Assembly (NCBI GenBank): GCA_041577335.1
Contig: JBFGJH010000033.1
Span: forward strand, 1 to 35,209
DNA from: Acidimicrobiia bacterium
GTDB lineage: Bacteria; Actinomycetota; Acidimicrobiia; Spongiisociales; JAENVV01
Direction of reading: 5' to 3'
DNA length: 35,209 nucleotides
Below, in pieces: positions 27,881-35,209 of the stretch (positions are counted from its first letter, which is position 1; every line of letters starts with the position of its first letter). The notes beneath the pieces were generated by a model. It saw only the letters and a program-made list of their open reading frames with translations. It ran no database searches and was not told the DNA's origin. The position numbers were made by a program, and so were the translations under genes.

Positions 27881-28396
27881 CTAGTCGGCGTCGACGATCG
27901 GAAGGAAGACCCGCCAGGCCCCTATCTCGCTGCGGTACTGCTTGGCCATGGCCTTGACGATCTGGCCGATGTGATTGTGGTCATGCGTGACCCAAGCCGC
28001 CAGGAGGTTGCTCATCCTCACCGGCCCCAGCTCTTGGTGGAGGCCCGGTCGCTGAGCATCGAAATCCAAGCCGCGCACGGCTTCGAGACTGGCGTTGCGA
28101 CGGTGCTCGAAAGCGTCGAGCAGTTCCTCGAGCATGTGGTTTCCGAACACTTCGAGATGATCGGACCGGTCAACCAGAGGGAAGGGGCGGGCATCGGCAT
28201 ACAGAGACACGTGGTTCAGCCGATCCACCCAGCTTGGTTCGACATGGACGAGATGTGCCAGCGTTCCCAGCGTGCTCCAGGTGCCCGGACCCTCATCGGC
28301 GGCGAGCCACGCCTCGCCCAATCCATCGAAAAGCGAGCGCAATGTGGCGGGCGTCCGGCGCAACGCGCTCGTAGCGTCCGTGAGCAAGACTTCCAT
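27881..28396 (-). CDS. DinB family protein
   Basis: LRRTPATLRSL, TWS....AHLVHVE, HQELGPV, WVTHDHNHIGQI; leaderless ATG 28396 (TAGGGT). Confidence 0.88.
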   Translation of the reverse strand: MEVLLTDATSALRRTPATLRSLFDGLGEAWLAADEGPGTWSTLGTLAHLVHVEPSWVDRLNHVSLYADARPFPLVDRSDHLEVFGNHMLEELLDAFEHRRNASLEAVRGLDFDAQRPGLHQELGPVRMSNLLAAWVTHDHNHIGQIVKAMAKQYRSEIGAWRVFLPIVDAD

Positions 28397-28560
28397 GTCA
28401 CGAACCCTATACGGGGGTCGCAGCCCGGCGCGATTGTTAGCTGCGAGGCGCAGCGGCCACTTCTGACCGTCATGATCGCGGATTCGCGTCGAGCGAGGTC
28501 TTCGCTTCTTTGCATCGCCGGCGTAGTCATGACTGCGCCGCGCGGATGGTCGATGGACTA

Positions 28561-29175
28561 TCAGGTGTGAGCCCGTTCTCCGAGTGCCGCCTTCTCGACG
28601 ATTTGGTGGATGCGTCGGAGTTTGGTCTCTTCCTTGGCAGCACTGATCACCCACCACAGCATCTGCTTGCGTGCGCTCGGCGGGAAACCGTCCCACTGTG
28701 CCCGGGCATCCGGATCAGCGTCAAGAGCGGCTCGAAGAGCGTCAGGCTCGATGAGGTCTTCGACTGCGTCATGGATGGTCCACCAGCCGTTGTTCTTGGC
28801 GACCGCGACGGCACTTCGCCCAGCGTCGGTCATGAGTCCTCGTTGCTCCATCTCAGCCACCCGAGCCCGGTTCAGGCGAGTCCAGCTGCTCTTGGGCTTC
28901 CGGGGTGTGAAGAGTTGTAAGCCGCGCTCCTCGTCGAGGACGACGGCGGTCGAATCGATCCAGCCAAAGCAGATGGCCTCCTCCACCGCATCGGGGTAGG
29001 GGCACCGAGGGCGATCGACGGTAGCCCGCCACGAACAGAGCCACACGCCGCGCTGGGAGGCGTGGTGCTGCTCGAGCCATAAACGCCACTGCGCTCGGGT
29101 TTCTGCGTGGTAGATCAGATATCCGAACTTCCCTGTCGGAGGGTGGTCCGAGACCGGGGAGCAAGATGCTGTCAT
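28561..29175 (-). CDS. YdeI/OmpD-associated family protein
   Basis: WRLWLEQHH, YPDAVEEAICFGWIDS, FTPRKPKSSWTRLN, GLMTDAG, AKKEETKLRRI; leaderless ATG 29175 (TACCCT). Confidence 0.9.
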   Translation of the reverse strand: MTASCSPVSDHPPTGKFGYLIYHAETRAQWRLWLEQHHASQRGVWLCSWRATVDRPRCPYPDAVEEAICFGWIDSTAVVLDEERGLQLFTPRKPKSSWTRLNRARVAEMEQRGLMTDAGRSAVAVAKNNGWWTIHDAVEDLIEPDALRAALDADPDARAQWDGFPPSARKQMLWWVISAAKEETKLRRIHQIVEKAALGERAHT

Positions 29176-29383
29176 CTCAAGAGGGTACGCGCATCCGCGA
29201 AGACAGATCGAAGACGCTGTGGTGGTGATCACGGGGGGCGGCGGTCCCCGGTCTGTTGTGACGTTGGTCTCTATTGCTTGGGAAAGGGGTCTTTGATGAT
29301 GGAGTAGACAATCTTCGGATCCAGCATCTGTGGGTTGGCACTTTGAGGTGTGGAGTCCGACCAAGCCGAGAAGGAGGCTCAGG

Positions 29384-30169
29384 ATGTCAATCTCATCACA
29401 ACGCGACGCGCCGACTCGGCGTTCTGAGACCGGTAGGCCCGGAACGTCTTCACCAACCGACGACTCTGCGGATCGCCAACTGCGACGTTGGGGCGGAGTT
29501 GCGGGCCTGGTCGGTGTTCTGTCTCTGTTTGGTTCGCTCGTCGTCGTGATCTCGTTGGGGCTGCCGGATGCCTCAGATCCCAAGACGCTCACGGACTTCA
29601 CCAATATCGAATCTGGTCGCATCGCCGAGCATTTCCTGTATCTCGGTGCCTTGGTGCTGTTTGCGCTTCATCTCCTCGTTCTGAACCGCTTGCTCAGGAG
29701 GGCACATCCGGCGGCTGCACTCTTCGGCACGGCGACCGCCGTCTTCGGCTTGATCATCATGGCGGCCAGTTCTCTGCTGCACGTGTCCACAGCGCCTCTG
29801 GCAGACCTGTACAACACGCCGGGTGCATCTCCGCAGGACCTGCGAGCGATTGAGTACGCGTGGTACGGCGCCCAGAGCGTTTTTGACACGATGCTTGCGA
29901 CGGGCGTCCTGTTGGTCCCGATCGGCTTGGTGCTCGTCGGAATCGCGATGCGGTCGGAACCCGCCTTCAGCTCCCGCCTCGCTGCCCTCACCATTGGGCT
30001 CGGCACGGTGGGCGTCATTGGCGCTGCCTTTTCGGTTATTGTTCCTGGCTCCGTGGCCTCAGCTGCCAGCGTCCTGGCCATGGCCGTTGTCTTCGCGAGT
30101 ACCGGTTGGTGGACGCTGAAACTCGGTCGGGCGACGACGACCGATCTCACAGATGGGCCGCGATCGTGA
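29384..30169 (+). CDS. Multi-pass membrane protein (DUF4386-like)
   Basis: About six TM helices; SD AAGGAGG before ATG 29384. Confidence 0.7.
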   Translation: MSISSQRDAPTRRSETGRPGTSSPTDDSADRQLRRWGGVAGLVGVLSLFGSLVVVISLGLPDASDPKTLTDFTNIESGRIAEHFLYLGALVLFALHLLVLNRLLRRAHPAAALFGTATAVFGLIIMAASSLLHVSTAPLADLYNTPGASPQDLRAIEYAWYGAQSVFDTMLATGVLLVPIGLVLVGIAMRSEPAFSSRLAALTIGLGTVGVIGAAFSVIVPGSVASAASVLAMAVVFASTGWWTLKLGRATTTDLTDGPRS

Positions 30170-30711
30170 GGTTCGTCACGACCACACCAACGGAGCGCGT
30201 GACCCAGAACGCTCGGGAATTCGTCGGCCCGGATCACGACGTCGTCATGGCACTTCGGGTCGAGTGGGGGCTGGGCACCGAACAGCCCACCTTGTCGGCC
30301 GCGATCGCAAACTGGTCGACCCTACGGCTACCGCTGGTCGTCCCGTTGCGCGCAATTGCGCGGTCCCGTGCGACGAAACGGACGATGTTCGACGATCGCG
30401 ACGCAGGCTGCGGGATCCTCGCGCTGACGTCCAACGGCGGCCACATCCTGTTGTCCGCGATGCCTCTTCGGCGCAAGATTCCGACGGGATTCGTCGATGT
30501 CCTACCTGACGACACTCCTCTCCTTGTTGATGTCGAATGGATGGAGAATTACCTCGTCCCTCGCATGACCGTCGGCGAACACGATCTCGTGGTGGACGGC
30601 GTCGATTTCAAGGCACTCCTCGAAGCCGTCGAGGATGGCTCCGTGACGTCTCCCGAGCTGGCTGCGAACCTCCACCGTCTGAAGTCTGTCAGTCTTTTCA
30701 GATTCGGTTGA
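30166..30711 (+). CDS. Hypothetical protein
   Basis: Open frame with GC-biased codons; GTGA overlap with the upstream stop; no recognised motif; start uncertain. Confidence 0.55.
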   Translation: MRFVTTTPTERVTQNAREFVGPDHDVVMALRVEWGLGTEQPTLSAAIANWSTLRLPLVVPLRAIARSRATKRTMFDDRDAGCGILALTSNGGHILLSAMPLRRKIPTGFVDVLPDDTPLLVDVEWMENYLVPRMTVGEHDLVVDGVDFKALLEAVEDGSVTSPELAANLHRLKSVSLFRFG

Positions 30712-30966
30712 TACCGCGGCGACACGCTCTGTGGTTCGCACAGGTGAGTGACAGGAGCTGTTTGCTCCTGTACGTGTCGGTCGACGGCTTGAACAAGCGC
30801 TATCAATTCCACCGAAACCGCTCATCGCGGAAGTCAGTCGGCTGCTGATTCGGGGACCCCACTCCCGTTCCCGCAGCCACCAAGCGAAAGGCACTCGGAA
30901 CGTTGGGCGAACCCGAGTCACGAACATTGACCCTCTCCGACGCGCGAGCAGACGAACGTGTGGCGT

Positions 30967-31461
30967 TCAGCTTGGGATTCGTGACACTGCGTACCCAACC
31001 GGAGCGCGCGCTCTCGATCTCTCCGGGAACCGCATCTGTAGCACGGAGACGCCGACGCCGTAGGTGATGAAGTCCTTCTCCGGGGTTACTTCGATGGCGC
31101 ACCATTCGTTCCTGCCTTCTTCATGGCGATACAGCCGTAGGAACAGCTCTGCTCCGATCTCCTCCTTCGCCAGGATCTTTGCAGTACCCGAGAACGTGAT
31201 TGTGGTGGCCGGTACCTTGATCCACGGCATGAGCGGGACACGTCGAGCGATAGCAACCGTCATCGACACGTGGGGGTTCCGAGCAATGTGTTTCGTCTTC
31301 CACGCCGAAGTCTCGGCGCCAACGTAGAGCTTGCGATCCTCTACAACGTAGACAATGCCCACGGTCCGAGCTTCGCCATCGGCTGTGACCATGCCAAGCA
31401 CGCCGAAGTTGTTCTTCTCGATTTCTGCCCAGACTTGATTGGATGTCACTTGATGGGTCAT
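30967..31461 (-). CDS. Pyridoxamine 5'-phosphate oxidase-like (split-barrel flavin/F420-binding) protein
   Basis: FGVLGMVTADGEARTVGIVY...SAWKTKHIARNPHVSMTV...ITFSGTA; SD GGAGA before ATG 31461. Confidence 0.82.
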   Translation of the reverse strand: MTHQVTSNQVWAEIEKNNFGVLGMVTADGEARTVGIVYVVEDRKLYVGAETSAWKTKHIARNPHVSMTVAIARRVPLMPWIKVPATTITFSGTAKILAKEEIGAELFLRLYRHEEGRNEWCAIEVTPEKDFITYGVGVSVLQMRFPERSRARAPVGYAVSRIPS

Positions 31462-31899
31462 GATCGTCTCCATTACGCGTGCGAACCATCTGGAAGTGAC
31501 TTCCCGCCGTTGCCGTTTACGAGAGTCAGACTTCACCTGGCTGCTTCCCCAAAAGCTGACACGATGGAGCACGTGGCGCCAGAGGATTTGGTCCTGACAG
31601 GCAAGCTCTCGGTCGGGAGGAATATGCGACCCGACACCCGGCCGCCCGGGATCCCGCTCCCAGGTCCCGGAACCGGCGACGCCGCCCTGACCTCCGATTC
31701 GGTTGGGATCGCGGTCAATAGGATCACTCCGGAAGGGGATCATCGCTTCTGCCTCCGATGCTTCAGTTGACCTCGATGGCCAAGCGCCGGATTGACTCTT
31801 GGCGGAGAGCCTCGAGCCGCGGCTGAGCATCCGCGAACGCGTCAAGCTATGTAGCGCACTTTGACTGCTCGTGGCCGTGAGCATGATCCGGCTGTAGGA

Positions 31900-32355
31900 C
31901 TACGCTCGTGAGCCGAGTTTCGCTCCGGCCCGAGTCGAGGACAGCGCAACACGACTCGGAGCGACGATCACCGGCCTGCCGCTGTAGGTGACGATGCGCT
32001 GGACCAACTTGTCGGCCACGAGGCGCTCCGGGATTGCAATGGCGGTCGTGTCGGCGGTGACGTACTTCACCACGTTGCTGCCGAGGGGCCCGTAGTGAGT
32101 GGCAAGCTCCGGCGAGCCACCGACCCGATCGCTGCAGCGATTGCGTAGTTGGTCGAGGGCCAGTGCCTCTGCCTCGCCCCTATCGAGGTCTTCGGAGTCG
32201 GCGAAGGCCCGAATATCGCGTTGGACACGATCGGTGATGACCATCACCACGCTGGCGCTGCCACCGCGGGCCACGGTTTCCTGAGCGAGTTCGAGGGTGG
32301 CATCACCACCCGTTGTGGGTTCGACAATTGTGAGCAGGTGCTCGCGATTGGTCAT
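31900..32355 (-). CDS. Divergent universal-stress-protein-like protein
   Basis: HLLTIVEPTTGGDATLELA at the N-terminus and VQRIVTYSGRPVIVAP at the C-terminus follow the USP pattern; SD GAGGA. Confidence 0.6.
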   Translation of the reverse strand: MTNREHLLTIVEPTTGGDATLELAQETVARGGSASVVMVITDRVQRDIRAFADSEDLDRGEAEALALDQLRNRCSDRVGGSPELATHYGPLGSNVVKYVTADTTAIAIPERLVADKLVQRIVTYSGRPVIVAPSRVALSSTRAGAKLGSRA

Positions 32356-32369
32356 GCTTGGTTCCTCTT

Positions 32370-33035
32370 TCATTGTGAGACGCCGGCAACGATGCCGCCG
32401 GCGTGGTTTTCTGTTGTTTCTTTGTTCTCAGATGGTGCGGCGCCTTCAGTCCACGCGGTCTCGTCGCCTTCCTCGGTCCAGGGAATGGCGACGACCAGAT
32501 CCCATAGGTATTCATCGGTGACCTCGGTGCGAGTGAGAAGCAGGCGGTAGTAGATCGGCCCGAGCAGGGCGTCGAGGTGCGTTTCGATGTCTTCCTCGGT
32601 CGCCTCTCGCCCCACGACGTCCCGAACGAGTGAGGCCGCGATTGTGCGCCGGCGTTCCCAGAACTCTGCGAACTTGCGGGCGAGGTCGACGTTGCGAGCG
32701 GCTTCGCCGACCATTCCGGCGATCAAGGGCCCGAAATCGGTGGTGCGATAGAGCCGGACAATGTCCTTGACGAACATGAACAAGTTGAGTCGAGGGTCAG
32801 GATCGATCGGAGATGGCCGCACCGCGTCACGGGCAAGCGTGTCCACGAGGTCGAGTGCGAGTTGCTCCTTGGTGGACCACCGCCGGTAGAGCGTGTCCTT
32901 GCCCACCCGGGCGAGTTTGGCGATTGCCTCCATCGTGGCTCCCGTGTAGCCACTCGATGCAATGGCGGTTCGGGCCGCAGCGAGGATTGCTTGGTCTCTA
33001 CTGGGGTCACGGGGTCGTCCGCGGGTCTCCTTCAT
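32370..33035 (-). CDS. TetR/AcrR family transcriptional regulator
   Basis: RGRPRD, TMEAIAKLARVGKDTLYRRWSTKEQL HTH, LLGPIYYRLL C-terminal domain; leaderless ATG 33035. Confidence 0.94.
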   Translation of the reverse strand: MKETRGRPRDPSRDQAILAAARTAIASSGYTGATMEAIAKLARVGKDTLYRRWSTKEQLALDLVDTLARDAVRPSPIDPDPRLNLFMFVKDIVRLYRTTDFGPLIAGMVGEAARNVDLARKFAEFWERRRTIAASLVRDVVGREATEEDIETHLDALLGPIYYRLLLTRTEVTDEYLWDLVVAIPWTEEGDETAWTEGAAPSENKETTENHAGGIVAGVSQ

Positions 33036-33042
33036 GGTGACC

Positions 33043-33070
33043 ATTATATCCATACGGATGCGTTTGGTAA
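33043..33070 (-). promoter_or_regulatory. tetR promoter (TTTACC-N17-TATAAT) overlapped by probable autoregulatory operator
   Basis: TATAAT at 33048-33043; imperfect palindrome CCATACGGATGCGTTTGG at 33050-33067 (14 of 18 positions symmetric). Confidence 0.72.
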
Positions 33071-33150
33071 AGTATTGAGGGTTCAACGGCGGTGGCCTCC
33101 CCGCAGGCGGCGCGCCACAATGAGGGGTACCCCAGCGAGGAACCACCAAC

Positions 33151-34395
33151 ATGAACATGAGCAACTGGGCCGAAAACCTCGAATACACCGCAACCGACAT
33201 CCACGTTCCGGAGTCCGTCGAAGAGGTACAAGCGCTCGTTGCTCGCCTACCCAAAGTGAGAGCGCTCGGGACGCGACATTCCTTCAGCGATATCGCGGAT
33301 TCGCCGGGCGGCGATCTCATCTCGCTCAAACGATTGGCGCCCGGGATCGTCGTCGCCGGCGATGCGCAGACGGCATCCGTGACAGCAGGCACGCCCTACG
33401 GCGTTCTGGCGCCTGAGCTCGAGGCTCGTGGACTCGCGTTGGAGAACCTGGGCTCACTCCCCCACATCTCCATCGGTGGAGCGATCGCCACCGCCACCCA
33501 CGGATCCGGCGATACGAACGGTGTGTTGTCGACCTCGGTCGCCGCCGTCGAGCTCGTCCGAGCCGACGGCTCGTTGATCCGGGTCGACCGATCGAGCCAG
33601 GACCTGGAGGCGTTGGCGGTGGGCCTCGGTGCGTTTGGGATCCTTGCGCGGGTCGAGCTCGATGTCCAGCCGTCCTACCTCGTCCGCCAGGACGTCTACC
33701 GCAACGCCTCGTGGGATCTGGTTCTGGATGCGCTCGACGAAGTCATGGCCATGGCCTACAGCGTCAGCCTGATCGGAGACATTGCCGGCCCCGTCATCCA
33801 CACACTGTGGTTGAAGCAGCGCCTCGAGGCCGGCGACGGGACGGCGCCGCCGTCGATGTATGGAGGAACCTGGTGGGACGATGCCGACCTTCCCCCCGAT
33901 CATGCGCTCACGGAACGGCGTGGGATCCCCGGGCCATGGTCCCATCGCATGGCGCATTTCCGTCTCGACGCACCACCGTCGGCCGGAGGTGACGAGCTGC
34001 AAACCGAATACTTCGTCGAGCGCTCCCACGGACCCGCTGCGTTGCGGGCGCTTCGGGCGATGGCCCCGCGCATCTCTCCTCACCTCCATGCCATGGAGAT
34101 CAGGACGGTGGCCGCCGACGAGCTATGGCTCAGCCCGGCCTACCAGCGGGCCAGCCTGTCGCTGGGATTCACCTGGCGAAAGCACCCCGAAGAGGTTCTG
34201 GCGCTGCTCCCCGCCATCGAAGAGGCGCTGGCGCCGTATGCGCCCCGGCCGCACTGGGGCAAGCTCTTCGCCGAGAAACATCTCCAGGATCGGTTTCCCC
34301 GATTGGGAGACTTCATCGACCTGGTGCATGAGTACGACCCGGCGCGGAAGTTCTGGAATCCCTTCCTCGATCGCCTCGCGACCGGGCGGCCCTAG
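33151..34395 (+). CDS. FAD-linked alditol/xylitol oxidase-like protein (ALO family)
   Basis: NWAEN, GTRHSFSDIAD (flavinylation His), NLGSLPHISIGGAIATATHGSG, ELQTEYFV, EIRTVAAD.LWLSP, RPHWGKLF. Confidence 0.92.
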   Translation: MNMSNWAENLEYTATDIHVPESVEEVQALVARLPKVRALGTRHSFSDIADSPGGDLISLKRLAPGIVVAGDAQTASVTAGTPYGVLAPELEARGLALENLGSLPHISIGGAIATATHGSGDTNGVLSTSVAAVELVRADGSLIRVDRSSQDLEALAVGLGAFGILARVELDVQPSYLVRQDVYRNASWDLVLDALDEVMAMAYSVSLIGDIAGPVIHTLWLKQRLEAGDGTAPPSMYGGTWWDDADLPPDHALTERRGIPGPWSHRMAHFRLDAPPSAGGDELQTEYFVERSHGPAALRALRAMAPRISPHLHAMEIRTVAADELWLSPAYQRASLSLGFTWRKHPEEVLALLPAIEEALAPYAPRPHWGKLFAEKHLQDRFPRLGDFIDLVHEYDPARKFWNPFLDRLATGRP

Positions 34396-34407
34396 TCAAG
34401 GCCCCTC

Positions 34408-34957
34408 TCATCCCTCTTGGGCCGCTCGATCGAGAATCCGGGCAAGCTCGGCGGGCTGACTCACCATCGGCCAGTGGCCCGAATCGATGTCGACAAACGA
34501 GACGCGCTTGGCCTTATCCAGTTCGGGCAAGTCGCCCGCAGCGATCCAGGCCCGGGCCTCGTCGGGCGTGTATTCGGGGCACCATGAGGATCGGGACCTC
34601 GAAGCGTCGATCGTCGACCAGCCGGACCACGCCCTTAAAGACACCCTCGGGGACAGGGACCGCGTTCGCAGCGATCTGGCCCCTGGCCGCCTCGTCCAGG
34701 TCAGCGCTATCGGGCCCTTCGAAGGGATCCCAACCCGGGAAGGGCATGACGCCGTCGATCGCCTCGAAGAAATCGGCATAGGCGGCACCGTCTGGTTTGG
34801 GGAAGCCGCCGATCAGGGCGATGCCACTGATCCTATCGGATCGCTGGTCGGCGACGATCCAGGCCAACGCGCAGGCGGCCGAGTGGCCGACGACCATGGG
34901 TCGGTGGGCGGCGTCAACCGCAGCGACAGCGGTCGCGACCTCGAGTGTTTGCTCTGG
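34408..34957 (-). pseudogene. Alpha/beta hydrolase, 5'-truncated and frameshifted
   Basis: VVGHSAA nucleophile region is in one frame and CPEYTP...DSGHWPM (catalytic His) in another, with the shift near 34580. The first frame is closed upstream by TGA at 34958-34960, so the N-terminal strands are missing. Confidence 0.8.
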
Positions 34958-35209
34958 TCAGACTGCTCCTGAGACGATCCGATAGGCGCGCCCTTCTCCC
35001 GGAGCGAGGTTCTCGAGGCGGTGAAAGAAGCCATTGGAGGTAAGGACGCGGTCGCGATCATCGACACGGCCAAGCGTAGAGAACTCGACCTCCAAGACTC
35101 CATCCACCGGTAGTCCCGGAATTCCGAAATAGCCAGAGTGGGCTCCGAGATCGTAGTTGGCAGCAAAGACATGGCTGGCCACCTGGTCGTTTTCGGAACT
35201 CTGGGTCCA
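34958..35209 (-). CDS. C-terminus of a larger protein running off the window (possibly a glycoside-hydrolase C-terminal beta domain)
   Basis: Frame is open to the window end (WTQSSENDQVASHVFAANYDL...LAPGEGRAYRIV). The family guess is weak. Confidence 0.5.
   Translation of the reverse strand, partial: WTQSSENDQVASHVFAANYDLGAHSGYFGIPGLPVDGVLEVEFSTLGRVDDRDRVLTSNGFFHRLENLAPGEGRAYRIVSGAV

Noticed and set aside
33079..33091. GGGTTCAACGGCG shared with the trxA promoter region (5084-5096), suggesting a second SigR/SigH promoter
   Set aside because: There is no GGAA -35 element at the required 18-19 nt spacing on the minus strand; treated as coincidence.

Overview
High-GC chromosomal segment, most likely from an actinomycete of class Acidimicrobiia. 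This is inferred from the Cys-paired SLH domains, the TPR gene after the rrn operon, many leaderless TAnnnT promoters and a SigR/SigH promoter on trxA. The window runs from the 3' end of an rRNA operon (23S, 5S) through housekeeping genes. It carries a five-gene arginine succinyltransferase (AST) cluster of proteobacterial type, an FG-GAP/SLH surface protein, TerC and adenosine deaminase. A pspC-liaF-like-ABC exporter run ends in a 28-aa Arg/Cys/His/Tyr peptide ORF (19108-19194) that the ORF track misses; it has a perfect SD and a downstream hairpin. A 28-bp dif-like XerCD site sits at 21447-21474, so the window probably spans the replication terminus. Just left of it, an uncharacterised CxxC/CxxxH zinc-finger-like gene has a 13-bp palindrome over its own start codon that recurs 737 bp away. 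Right of dif is a patchwork of small accessory genes and remnants, including an fbaB 3' fragment and a frameshifted, 5'-truncated alpha/beta hydrolase. All calls come from reading the sequence and remembered family motifs; no searches were run.
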